Assembly (NCBI GenBank): GCA_963663275.1
Contig: OY760183.1
Span: 960,001-1,024,000 of the forward strand
Direction of reading: 5' to 3'
DNA from: Chloroflexota bacterium
Lineage (GTDB): Bacteria > Chloroflexota > UBA11872 > VXOZ01
DNA length: 64,000 nucleotides
The notes below the pieces were generated by a model. That model did no database searches. It was not told the origin of the DNA and saw only the letters and a list, made by a program, of their open reading frames with translations. How positions within the stretch are numbered: the first letter of the stretch is position 1; every line of letters starts with the position of its first letter. Positions 9,248 through 18,992 of this stretch are shown piece after piece. The position numbers and the translations under genes were made by a program.

Positions 9248-10075
9248 ATGACGACCAAATACCTCTACGGCAAGATGACGTGGCCGGAAATCAAGGAAGC
9301 GGCGGCGCAACGGCGGGTGGCTCTGCTGCCTACCGGCTGCATCGAGGACCACGGCCCGCACCTGCCGCTGGACGTGGACGTGCTGCTGCCCACCACTATC
9401 TGCGAACGGGCGGCGGCACTCGTGCCCGACCAGAGCGTGGTGGTGCCGGCGGTGGCCCACGGCTACGACCCGCACCACCTGGACTTTCCCGGCGTGATCC
9501 ACGTGGACGGGGACGTGTTCGTGCGCTACCTGGTGGACATCTGCAAGTCGCTAATCCACCATGGCTTCACGCGCATCATCATGCTGAACGGCCACGGTAG
9601 CAATACCGCCTTTACCGAGGTTGCCGCCCGCTTGGCCGTAATCGAAACGGAAGGCGAGGGACTGGTTTATGCGATGAACCACTGGGGAATCGCCGAGGTG
9701 CGCAAGGTGGTGGCCGAACTGCGCGATTCGCCTCACGGCGGTATGTCCCACGGCGGCGAACTGGAAACGAGCCTCTACCTGGCTATCGACCCGGATAACG
9801 TCTACATGGATAAGGCGGCGGCGGAGATTCCGCCGGATCTGCCCATGAGCCTGGGCGGGTGGAACGACCTGGTGGCCGGCCGCGCCGAGGAAGCCAACCA
9901 CGCGGTGGCGATGCCCTACTGGAGCACGTTCTCCAAGACCGGCGTGCGCGGCGACCCGACGGTCGCCACCGCCGAAAAGGGCCGCAAGTTCCTGGATGCC
10001 GCCGCGCGCGGCCTGGCCCAGATGGTGCGCGACCTGCGAGAGCTTGAGGTAAACCCGCGCGTGGACCGCCATTAG
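9248..10075 (+). CDS. Creatininase family protein
   Basis: PTGCIEDHGPHLPLDVD, LNGHGSN, SHGGELETS, GVRGDPTVATAEKG. Confidence 0.92.
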   Translation: MTTKYLYGKMTWPEIKEAAAQRRVALLPTGCIEDHGPHLPLDVDVLLPTTICERAAALVPDQSVVVPAVAHGYDPHHLDFPGVIHVDGDVFVRYLVDICKSLIHHGFTRIIMLNGHGSNTAFTEVAARLAVIETEGEGLVYAMNHWGIAEVRKVVAELRDSPHGGMSHGGELETSLYLAIDPDNVYMDKAAAEIPPDLPMSLGGWNDLVAGRAEEANHAVAMPYWSTFSKTGVRGDPTVATAEKGRKFLDAAARGLAQMVRDLRELEVNPRVDRH

Positions 10076-10191
10076 CGCCGCCCGCTTATCTTGGCAATCA
10101 AGCGGCGTGGTCGATAGTCTCTTGCCCCGTGTACTTGCGCCCGCGCCCTATCGTCGTGGCGCGGAGGCTTTTCCCAAATACTGTCGCGTAA

Positions 10192-10432
10192 CGTAGCGCG
10201 GGGGCTTGTCCCCCGCCGGAGGGTGAAGCATCAGCGTAGCGCGGGGGCTTGTCCCCCGCCGGAGGGTGAAGCATCAGCGTAGCGCGGGGGCTTGTCCCCC
10301 GCCGGAGGGTGAAGCATCAGCGTAGCGCGGGGGCTTGTCCCCCGCCGGAGGGTGAAGCATCAGCGTAGCGCGGGGGCTTGTCCCCCGCCGGAGGGTGAAG
10401 CATTAGCGTAGCGCGGGGGCTTGTCCCCCGCC
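10192..10432 (+). repeat. Tandem array of 6 GTAG-REP (family A) units, 43-bp period
   Basis: CGTAGCGCGGGGGCTTGTCCCCCGC at 10192, 10235, 10278, 10321, 10364 and 10407, joined by the linker CGGAGGGTGAAGCATCAG (last linker has one mismatch). Confidence 0.95.
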
Positions 10433-10775
10433 ATAGGAGCAAGCGCGTAGCGTGTCTCTAGGTGATTTCGCATGAAGTGAAGGCACGTACGCATCGACCC
10501 AACAGCAGACGCAGGTTATGCGCACGTCCCGCTCGAACCTGCGCTACCGGAGCTATGACCCACCGAGACCGCCATGCACCTTGCCACGAGAGTTAACGCG
10601 ACTGCATTGGGGTTTGTCCTCAACACTGTCGCACTACCGTAGTGCGGGGGCTTGTCCCCCGCTTCCCCGTGTCGGAGCACGGGGCAGGCTTGGCGCGAAA
10701 CGTACACGCCATCGCAGGCAAGGCGCTTCCCGGTCGGGCACCGGCGCACTGCATCGTTACAAGGAGTATTGCCAC

Positions 10776-12425
10776 TTGAAGACTTCCGCCTCCACTGAAA
10801 CCTCGGCAGGCTCGCTGTCCCGTCATGCCGGCGCGGAGTCCTCCCTCCGTCATTCCGGCGAAAGCCGGAATCCATCCGCGCCCGCCGCCAAGACCCGCCA
10901 ATGTGTCGTCGTGCTCGACTTCGGCTCCCAGTACAGCCCGCTCATCGTGCGCCGCATCCGCGAGTGCGGCGCCTACGCCGAACTCATGCCCTACGACGCG
11001 GACGAAGCGGCCGTGCGCGCGCTCAATCCCCGGGCCGTGGTGCTTTCCGGCGGGCCGGCCAGCGCCTACGCGCCGGGCGCGCCGCATCCGCCGCCGTACG
11101 TCTGGCGGGGCGATCTGCCGGTACTGGGCATCTGCTACGGCATGCAGCTTATGGCGCAGGCGTTGGGCGGCAGCGTGGAACCGGCCGCGCGGCGCGAGTA
11201 CGGCCACGCCGTAATCCGCGCTGCGGAAGCCACCGGCGTCTTTGCCGACCTCGCGCCCGAGCAGGAAGTCTGGATGAGCCACGGCGACCACATCACCGCG
11301 CTGCCGCCGGGTTTTGCGGCGCTGGCGTCGTCGGCCAATTCGCCGATTGCCGCCATGGGCAACGCGGAGGGCATGATCGGTTTCCAGTTTCACCCGGAGG
11401 TAGCGCACACGCCCCAGGGCACGGCCATCCTGCGCAACTTCCTCTTCCAGGTTTGCGGTTTGCGCGCCGACTGGACGCCGGCCGCCTTCATCGACGAGGC
11501 CGTGGCGGACATTCAAGCGCAGGTGGGCGAACAGCGGGTGATACTCGCGCTATCCGGCGGCGTCGATTCCACTGTGGCGGCGGCGCTGCTGCACCGCGCC
11601 ATTGGCGAGCGCCTCATCAACGTGTTCGTGGACAACGGCCTCTTGCGGCTCAACGAACCGGAGCAGGTGGAGGCAAGCCTGACGGAGCTCGGCATCCCGG
11701 TGCGGCGCGTGGACGCCCGCGCCCGTTTTTTAGATGCGTTAGCCGACGCGACCGACCCTGAACGAAAGCGCCGCATCATCGGCGAGACGTTCATTCACGT
11801 CTTCGAGGAAGAGGCCGCCCGCCACGCGCCGGTGGACTTCCTGGCCCAGGGCACGATCTACTCCGACGTGATCGAGAGCCGCGCGCCGGATTCCAAAGCC
11901 GCCGCGCGCATCAAGAGCCACCACAACGTGGGCGGCCTGCCGGAAACCATGCGCCTCACGCTGGTCGAGCCGCTGCGCAAACTCTTCAAGGACGAGGTGC
12001 GCACCGTGGGCGAGGAACTGGGACTGCCCCGCGAACTGGTCTGGCGGCATCCGTTCCCGGGGCCGGGTCTGGCCGTGCGCGTGCTGGGCGCGGTGACCGA
12101 GGCGAAACTGCGCATCGCGCGCCTGGCGGACGCGATTCTCACCGAGGAACTGCGCGCCGCCTCGCTTTACGAGAAATACTGGCAGGTGCTCGCCGTGGTG
12201 CCCGACGTGCAGAGCGTCGGCGTGATGGGCGATGAGCGCACCTATGACCACCTGGTCGCCCTGCGCGCCATCGAAAGCCAGGACGCCATGACCGCCAACT
12301 GGGCGCGCATCCCCCACGACGTGCTCGCCCGCATCTCCAGCCGCATCGTCAACGAAGTCCCCCACGTCAACCGCGTGGTCTACGACATCACCAACAAACC
12401 GCCGGCCACCATCGAATGGGAATGA
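10776..12425 (+). CDS. guaA: GMP synthase (glutamine-hydrolysing)
   Basis: [53 protein letters not shown]. Start placed at TTG 10776 behind AAGGAG. Confidence 0.96.
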   Translation: MKTSASTETSAGSLSRHAGAESSLRHSGESRNPSAPAAKTRQCVVVLDFGSQYSPLIVRRIRECGAYAELMPYDADEAAVRALNPRAVVLSGGPASAYAPGAPHPPPYVWRGDLPVLGICYGMQLMAQALGGSVEPAARREYGHAVIRAAEATGVFADLAPEQEVWMSHGDHITALPPGFAALASSANSPIAAMGNAEGMIGFQFHPEVAHTPQGTAILRNFLFQVCGLRADWTPAAFIDEAVADIQAQVGEQRVILALSGGVDSTVAAALLHRAIGERLINVFVDNGLLRLNEPEQVEASLTELGIPVRRVDARARFLDALADATDPERKRRIIGETFIHVFEEEAARHAPVDFLAQGTIYSDVIESRAPDSKAAARIKSHHNVGGLPETMRLTLVEPLRKLFKDEVRTVGEELGLPRELVWRHPFPGPGLAVRVLGAVTEAKLRIARLADAILTEELRAASLYEKYWQVLAVVPDVQSVGVMGDERTYDHLVALRAIESQDAMTANWARIPHDVLARISSRIVNEVPHVNRVVYDITNKPPATIEWE

Positions 12426-12517
12426 AGGCGGCTTAGCCTACCACCGCTAGAGCGCGAGACCGGACTACATCGCTGAGACGGGCCTTAACCATCGATGCTG
12501 CAAATCCAGTAACGACA

Positions 12518-12559
12518 TAGAGGGGTAGGGGCACGACACGTCGTGCCCCTACCCCTCTA
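12518..12559. repeat. REP family B palindrome
   Basis: TAGAGGGGTAGGGGCACGACACGTCGTGCCCCTACCCCTCTA. Confidence 0.85.
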
Positions 12560-12744
12560 CAACCGTGAAAGCGGCGCTTGCAACCCTCACCCCGGCCCCC
12601 TCCCAGTCTTGGGAGAGGGAGTTTGCTATCCGCTTACGCCCTCCGTAAGTCTCTCGCAACGCGAGATGCCGTCTTTCGGCGTTGTGGATGTTGTGAATAA
12701 GGAACCCACGACCAATCAAGCATTGTGCGGCGTCTCGTGGAGCA

Positions 12745-14130
12745 TCAATCTGTCTGCTGAGGCGGGTTCGCTGGCGCCAGGTTGCCGTCGGCGTCCAAAG
12801 TTATCAGGTCGCGCCGGTCGGTGCCGTCGGGGGCTACTGTAAAGAGTTGAGCCGGTAGAATGTACTCTGGGTAGATTGGAACACCGGGCGTATAGATCGC
12901 GATCCGCGAGCCGTCCGGCGACCACGCGGCAACGTGCGGCGAATCAGAGAGCTCTTCCTTCTTTACCAACCCAATCACCTGACCTTTCTCCACATCCACT
13001 ACACATGCCCCAAAGTCACACGAGTACAGGATTTGTGTCCCGTCCGGCGACCACGACACCGTTTGAATCAAGAGTTGGTAAGGACCAGCATACCAATTAT
13101 CGAAACCGCTTCTGTTAGTAATCACAGCGATCAGCTTTTCGTCAGTACCGTCTCCCGCCATGGTGAATAGCCCGACGTCATCGGCGGCATACTTCGCCAC
13201 TGCGATCCGCTGCCCGTCGGGCGACCACGCCGCCGCACTTACCACAGTCTCTGCTGCTCTGTTCAATCCCAACCCATCTAAACGAACGGTGTAGAGGGTC
13301 CTCACATACGGGTACAATGGCACTTCATTTACCACAAACGCCAACTCTTGCCCATCCGGTGACCAAGCCAACGGCGCTGCAGATATCGGTAATTTGCGTG
13401 TTATTCCAACTTCCTGTATCTCCGATCCATCCGGCGTCATCAATAGGATTGCCCTATCCGGGTCACCAGTGTCAAAGCTGTCATTCAGGAAAGCAATATA
13501 AGCAATACGGGCGCCATCGGGCGACCACGCCGGATAGTGATCCAGAAACCGATTCTCCGTAAGACGCCGTGGTGCGCCTCCGTCTGTGCTGACTATGGCG
13601 ATATCGTATTCGTCAGGCGAATACACTGGTAGTGATAGCAGGGCATTACTACCCTTAGCGGCAAGGCTCTCTGCCGCCCAAGGATATAGGCATGCAGAAA
13701 AGACGACTTGAGCCCCGTCAGGAGACAAATCCGCATGGAACCCATAGAAGAAGCCGTCTCTTGGGTTGGCATTGGCATCTACAAGCATGCGCAATTCGTT
13801 GCCGGCCGTGCTAGCGATCATGATGGCTGTGCGATGAGAAAACATGATATGGGAGCCATCTGGCATCCACTCGATGAATTGGTCACTGAATGCGGAAAAG
13901 GTGCGAACCAACTCCAGTTCTATTGGAGGCGGACCGCACGGAGACACGGTTGTGTAATCACCATCTTGTTTTGGCGTTGGCGTCAACAATACACTTTTCT
14001 GCTGGGTTGGAGTTGGAGTCGGCTGCACAATCTCGGCGGAGGGTTCGCCCATCGCTTGCGAACATCCAGTCATCCCGAGACAAATCTGAATGGCTAATGC
14101 CCCCAGTGCGGTTTTCTTGATCCACTCCAT
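12745..14130 (-). CDS. TolB-like PD40 beta-propeller lipoprotein (copy 3 of tandem array)
   Basis: Lipobox MTGC, many WSPDG repeats. Confidence 0.85.
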   Translation of the reverse strand: MEWIKKTALGALAIQICLGMTGCSQAMGEPSAEIVQPTPTPTQQKSVLLTPTPKQDGDYTTVSPCGPPPIELELVRTFSAFSDQFIEWMPDGSHIMFSHRTAIMIASTAGNELRMLVDANANPRDGFFYGFHADLSPDGAQVVFSACLYPWAAESLAAKGSNALLSLPVYSPDEYDIAIVSTDGGAPRRLTENRFLDHYPAWSPDGARIAYIAFLNDSFDTGDPDRAILLMTPDGSEIQEVGITRKLPISAAPLAWSPDGQELAFVVNEVPLYPYVRTLYTVRLDGLGLNRAAETVVSAAAWSPDGQRIAVAKYAADDVGLFTMAGDGTDEKLIAVITNRSGFDNWYAGPYQLLIQTVSWSPDGTQILYSCDFGACVVDVEKGQVIGLVKKEELSDSPHVAAWSPDGSRIAIYTPGVPIYPEYILPAQLFTVAPDGTDRRDLITLDADGNLAPANPPQQTD

Positions 14131-14242
14131 CAGGAGAGTCCTTAACGATTACTTTGTCTGATAAATGGCGTAGATGGCCATAATGTCGAATGGATGCGGC
14201 GAACAGCCGGGACCATCCGCATCATGCCTGTTTCATAGCTCG

Positions 14243-15604
14243 TCACTCATCTTGACGCGGTGAGTTCGCTGGCGCCAAGTTGCCGTCGGCGTCCAAAGTT
14301 ATCAGGTCGCGCCGGTCGGTGCCGTCACGGGCAACGGTGTAGAGTTGCGGAATATCTGGATAGTGTATTGCAATGCGCGCGCTATCCGGCGACCACGCCG
14401 CGACAAGCCCAGTGGTGTTGGCAGGTACAATATCTAGGTCTAGCTTGCGCAGGCTGCTGCTATTCAATTGGACTAAGAAAAGCCCCTGGTCGGAGACAAC
14501 GAGCAACTCCGACCCATCGGGTGACCACAATGCGTGAGAGACACTCCACCCTGGCGCCTGTGGTTCCATTACAAGCTGTAGTTCTGTGCCGTCGGGGCGA
14601 ACCGTGTAGACTGCCCCGGATGTTCCTTCCTCACCTGCCATTACAAAGACGAGATAGTTGCCGTCTGGCGACCAAGAGAATCTTGCTGGCATGGGATCTT
14701 CCCACCACCGAACCGAAGGTTCTTTGGTCTTTGCTATTTGCACTAGGTTGGTACCATCGGTCCGCACGGTATTCAAGTAGGCACGATACGTATGGGAGTC
14801 CTTTTCAGTTGCCAAGAATGCCAAATGCTGCCGGTCCGGCGACCACACCGGCGGCGCGAGAACCACAGTGGCATTGACCGGAAGGCTGACTTCTCGCGCA
14901 TCCGATCCATTTGCAGCCATAATGAAGAGTTTCTTGCTCGAAAGAGGGCTGACCATATCTACTATGAAGACTATGCGGGAACCGTCCGTTGACCATGCGG
15001 GGTAGTGATCCAGGTTTCTGTTTCTTGTGAGTCGCTGCGGTTCGCCACCGCCAATGCCAATAACGGCAATCTCATAGCGTTCCGGCGCCCATAACGGTGG
15101 CGAGAGCACAGCGTCTTTGCGTTTGAGGACAGTACTCTCCAGGTCCAAAGGGTACAGACACGTGGAGTAGACAATTCGCGTGCCGTCGGGCGACACATCA
15201 GCATGGAAGCCATACACGAAGCCCTCTCCAGGGTTAGCGTCTACAAGCATATGCAGTTGAGTGCCGTCAGCCGCCACCACCCATATGGCTGTTCTGTTGT
15301 AAGCCTCTGTGGGCGCTTCGCCTACCGGTGTTTGATTGAACATGACTTGGGATCCGTCCGGCGTCCACTCAAGAAAGTGGTCGCTGATCACTAGCGATGA
15401 TTCCCAAGGAGGTGGTCCACACGAGAGGTTATTCTCGTCCGTAGGCACGGATTCGTCAGTAGTAAGTTGAGGATGAGATTGCTCGTTTTGGTCTGAAGAC
15501 AGGAGCTCTCTAGGGCTACTCATCGTCTCTTGCTGACAACCAGACAAACCGATGCAAAGCACGAGCGCTATTACTGTCAACAAGAGACATTTACACAGTT
15601 CCAT
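14243..15604 (-). CDS. TolB-like PD40 beta-propeller lipoprotein (copy 2)
   Basis: Lipobox LSGC, WSPDG/WTPDG repeats. Confidence 0.85.
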   Translation of the reverse strand: MELCKCLLLTVIALVLCIGLSGCQQETMSSPRELLSSDQNEQSHPQLTTDESVPTDENNLSCGPPPWESSLVISDHFLEWTPDGSQVMFNQTPVGEAPTEAYNRTAIWVVAADGTQLHMLVDANPGEGFVYGFHADVSPDGTRIVYSTCLYPLDLESTVLKRKDAVLSPPLWAPERYEIAVIGIGGGEPQRLTRNRNLDHYPAWSTDGSRIVFIVDMVSPLSSKKLFIMAANGSDAREVSLPVNATVVLAPPVWSPDRQHLAFLATEKDSHTYRAYLNTVRTDGTNLVQIAKTKEPSVRWWEDPMPARFSWSPDGNYLVFVMAGEEGTSGAVYTVRPDGTELQLVMEPQAPGWSVSHALWSPDGSELLVVSDQGLFLVQLNSSSLRKLDLDIVPANTTGLVAAWSPDSARIAIHYPDIPQLYTVARDGTDRRDLITLDADGNLAPANSPRQDE

Positions 15605-15759
15605 TGCAGGGAATTCCCGCTATTCAACGTGTTTGATAGATTGCGTAGATCACCATGATGTCGAATAGATGCGGGGAGCAGTCAGGGTCATTTGGCAACC
15701 GAACGAGCGCACCCCGTTTCTTCACGTTTTGCCTTTCTTAGCCCATCCCATATAACGCA

Positions 15760-17181
15760 TCACTGGGTCCCATCGGGAGGGTTCGCCGGCGCCAGGTTGC
15801 CGTCGGCGTCCAGGCGAATCAGGTCGCGGCGGTCTGTTCCGTCTGGAGCAACTGTGTAGAGTTGTGGGCGCATATCACCTGGCGTATAGATGGCGACACG
15901 CGCGCCGTCGGGCGACCATGCCGCGGCGTACGGGGCGAAATAGACTGACTGCCCATATTCTGCTAGCCCAATTACCTCTCCGCTCTCCAAGTCGATGATG
16001 CATGCCCCATCCCAGCAGGAGTAAAGAAGCTGACTCCCGTCCGGCGACCACGACACGACGGGTATCGTGCCTCCGAACGAATGCCACCAGTTCAGCAACT
16101 CCCGACTAAGTATGGTTGTGATGAGTTGCAGGTCGGAGCCGTCCGCCGCCAGGATGAAGAGCCCTACGTCATCACCGGCAGTCTTCGCCACCGCCAGCCG
16201 TTGCCCGTCCGGCGACCATGCTGGGACACTGACCACATCCTCTGAGAGCAGCATAATCTCCGATCCGTCCGCTCTCACCGTGTACAAGCTCCTCATGAAG
16301 TAATCGAAGCGGTCGGCATTCGCCAGGAAAGCAATGCGTTCCCCATCCGGAGACCACTCCGGCGGTTCAAGGGTCAATCCATAGAACGGTAAGCGCTCCC
16401 CCTCGGGCCACCAGACCGGCGGCGCCTGGGTTTGTCCATATAGGCCGACCGGTGCCACCTGCTGCACCTCCGAACCATCCGCCGCCATAGTGAAGAGCAT
16501 CAACCCCTCAGGTTCAGAGTACAGGCTCCCGAATCCGGGAGCCGCAAGATAAGCGATGCGGCTGCCGTCCGGCGACCAGACGGGATAATGGTCGAGGTGC
16601 GAATTCTTTGTGAGTTGCCGCTGCCCCGTGCCGTCTATACGGATGACGGCTACCTCGTAGTTGAAATCTTTCCGTTCTGGGTTCTGCTTGTTGAATGGGA
16701 AAGGAATCTCACAGCTTGCATAGACAAGCTTGGCGCCGTCGGGCGATATGTCGGCATGGTGACCAAACGTCATCTCGTGCCCTGGATTAGCGTCAACGAG
16801 CATCTGCAACCGGCTGCCCGCTGCGTCCACCAGCCAGATAGCGGTGGTATTGAATGGATAAATCAACAAACTCGCGTCTTCTACTGGCAGGTAATTGAAC
16901 ACCAATTCCGTGCCATTCGGTGTCCAGGCGAGAAACACTCTGTTTTCGCGAAGGATACCTAACCGCATATCCAATGGCCCACAGGCATAGCTTATGCCGT
17001 CGAGGGCAATTTTTTCTCCTGGCGTGGGCGAGGGCGCTACCGTTGGCGTGCTTTGCACTGCGAGCGGCTGCTGCTGACAACTTACGAGAACCAGTGCCAG
17101 CGACACCAGGAACCCTAAGCGTGTCAGCCAGATTTGATACAAGGACACGGTCAATTCCTTGAGGCGTAGGCGCATTCGCAC
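15760..17181 (-). CDS. TolB-like PD40 beta-propeller lipoprotein (copy 1)
   Basis: Lipobox LVSC, WSPDG repeats; start uncertain. Confidence 0.83.
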   Translation of the reverse strand: MRMRLRLKELTVSLYQIWLTRLGFLVSLALVLVSCQQQPLAVQSTPTVAPSPTPGEKIALDGISYACGPLDMRLGILRENRVFLAWTPNGTELVFNYLPVEDASLLIYPFNTTAIWLVDAAGSRLQMLVDANPGHEMTFGHHADISPDGAKLVYASCEIPFPFNKQNPERKDFNYEVAVIRIDGTGQRQLTKNSHLDHYPVWSPDGSRIAYLAAPGFGSLYSEPEGLMLFTMAADGSEVQQVAPVGLYGQTQAPPVWWPEGERLPFYGLTLEPPEWSPDGERIAFLANADRFDYFMRSLYTVRADGSEIMLLSEDVVSVPAWSPDGQRLAVAKTAGDDVGLFILAADGSDLQLITTILSRELLNWWHSFGGTIPVVSWSPDGSQLLYSCWDGACIIDLESGEVIGLAEYGQSVYFAPYAAAWSPDGARVAIYTPGDMRPQLYTVAPDGTDRRDLIRLDADGNLAPANPPDGTQ

Positions 17182-17206
17182 CTATATCAACGTAGTATCG
17201 AACAGT

Positions 17207-18274
17207 CTACGTAGCCGCCAGTGTGGCCTCCATGCGCCTGCCCAGGGCGTAGACGCCGAAGAGGAACACGGCGCAGATGGTGAAGCCGATGGTGAGTTCG
17301 GCCCACACGTCGGCGAGGCCCGCGCCGCGGATGGCGATGTCGAAGAGGGGAGAGAGGAAGTAGTAGGTGGGGAAGAGTTTGCCGATCCACTGGGGCAGGT
17401 TGGGCCAGATGAAGAAGATGACGGGGGCGAGCAGGACGATGGCGCCGGATTTCCAGATGGTGTAGAGCGCCTTGGTGTCTTTGGCGAAGGAGCCGAGCAT
17501 CAGGCCGACCTCCGCCGCCATGAGGGTGGCCAGCACCAGCACCAGCAGCAGCGCGGCGGGGTTCGCGCCCAGCGCGCCGTTCAGCGCCAGGGTGACCGTG
17601 CCGGTGGCCATGGCCAGGATGAAGCCCAACGCGCCTTTGCCGAGCAGCACGTCGGCGAGCCGGGTCGGGGTGACCAGCAGGGCCGTGAGCGTGCGCTTCT
17701 CTTTTTCTTCCACCAGGCTCGTGGCCGGGGTGAGCGCGCCGGCGATGAGCACCGCCATGAGCACGATGAGCGGCAGCAGGCGCGAGACGAGCGGCACGGC
17801 CTCGCCCTCGCCCACGGTGACGGTTTCCACGTCGATCGGCGCCGGCGCGCCCGCCACTTCGCGGATGAGATCGACCATCGTCACCCCCAGCACCACGCGG
17901 TTGGAGGCCAGGCTCTGGCCGCCAAAGAAGAATTGCGCGTTGGGCATCCCGCCGGCCTGAAGCGCGCCGTCGAAGCCCGCGGGCAGCACGAGGCCGGCGT
18001 CCAGGTCGTTGTTCTCCACCATCCGCTTCAAGACGGCGGCGGACTCCGGATATTGTATCTCGACGCCCTCTACGTCGGCGGCGTTCTGGACGATCCGCGA
18101 GTCGCCTTCGTCAACGATGCCGAGCCGGGGCGCGGGATCGAAGAGGCTGCCGAATACGACCCGAATGAGGAGCGTGAGAATGACCGGCAGGACGATGGCG
18201 TAGAGAAATATCGGCGAGCGCGGCCCGACGCCCAAGTCCTTACGCAAGACGTGCCATGCGTGTACGCCAACCAT
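17207..18274 (-). CDS. ABC-2 type exporter permease
   Basis: SLVEEKEKRTLTALLVTP motif, about 6 transmembrane segments. Confidence 0.9.
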   Translation of the reverse strand: MVGVHAWHVLRKDLGVGPRSPIFLYAIVLPVILTLLIRVVFGSLFDPAPRLGIVDEGDSRIVQNAADVEGVEIQYPESAAVLKRMVENNDLDAGLVLPAGFDGALQAGGMPNAQFFFGGQSLASNRVVLGVTMVDLIREVAGAPAPIDVETVTVGEGEAVPLVSRLLPLIVLMAVLIAGALTPATSLVEEKEKRTLTALLVTPTRLADVLLGKGALGFILAMATGTVTLALNGALGANPAALLLVLVLATLMAAEVGLMLGSFAKDTKALYTIWKSGAIVLLAPVIFFIWPNLPQWIGKLFPTYYFLSPLFDIAIRGAGLADVWAELTIGFTICAVFLFGVYALGRRMEATLAAT

Positions 18275-18433
18275 GATGTTTCTCGCCTTTTCTTGTCTAT
18301 TGCCTTGGCTCTGCGCAGGTTACAAACCTGCGCTACCGGTCCGTAGCGCGGGGGCTTGTCCCCCGCTCTTGGCTACATAAAACCTCTACACTTTTCTGTG
18401 GCTCTAGCGGCGTGTTGCGCGTGTGCTTGTCCC

Positions 18434-18610
18434 CAATGCTGTCGCATTAAACACAATGAGAGTGAAAACAACGCTCGTTTCTCCGGTAGCGCAGGTTCGC
18501 ACGGGAGGTGCGCATAACCTGCGTCTTCCGTAGGGTCAATCCATTTCGTTCTCACTTTGCTTGCTCCGGCGGGGGACAAGCCCCCGCGCTACGTTTACGC
18601 GACAGCATTG
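18434..18610 (-). mobile_element. MITE-A copy 3 (177 bp, reversed) inside a ~700-bp repeat cluster
   Basis: Ends CAATGCTGTCGCATTAA and TTTACGCGACAGCATTG; flanks GTGCTTGTCCC and GGGCTTGTCCC. Confidence 0.8.
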
Positions 18611-18810
18611 GGGCTTGTCCCCCGCCGTTTCTCACTATCGACCAACCGCAATCGCCGGGCTTGCCATTGCCTTGTCTCTGCGCAGGTTACAAACCTGCGC
18701 TACCTGAGGATATAAACCTGCGTTACCGGCCTGTAGCGCGGGGGCTTGTCCCCCGCATCTGCCTCACTTGAGCAGTTTTGCTCTACTCTTTCCGTTCTTG
18801 TCCGTTCTCT

Positions 18811-18903
18811 CCGTTCGTGCTGAGCTTGTCGAAGCATGGACGGAGAGAACGGGGCGTGGCGCCCGCGCAACCGTTCACCCTTCGACAGGCTCAGGGCGAA
18901 CGG
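18811..18903. repeat. Inverted-pair repeat family D (CCGTTCGTGCTGAGCTTGTCGAAG...CTTCGACAGGCTCAGGGCGAACGG)
   Basis: Related copies at 8669-8700 and 50385-50478. Confidence 0.8.
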
Positions 18904-18992
18904 TTGCGCTCCACTATGCCCTCCACGCCCCCCTTTGCCCATCCACGCGCGCCCTTAGCCATCCATTTGGGGCTTGTCCCCCGCATCGTGCC

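Noticed and set aside
10192-10432. CRISPR array
   Set aside because: The 'spacers' are identical 18-mers, the repeat is a dispersed REP, and no cas genes are present.
10518-10775. Very long GuaA N-terminal extension
   Set aside because: It consists of REP/MITE sequence; the RBS supports a start at 10776.
12745-17181. Diversity-generating retroelement or bona fide tol-pal locus
   Set aside because: No reverse transcriptase, no adenine-specific template/variable repeat pair, and no tolQRA or pal.
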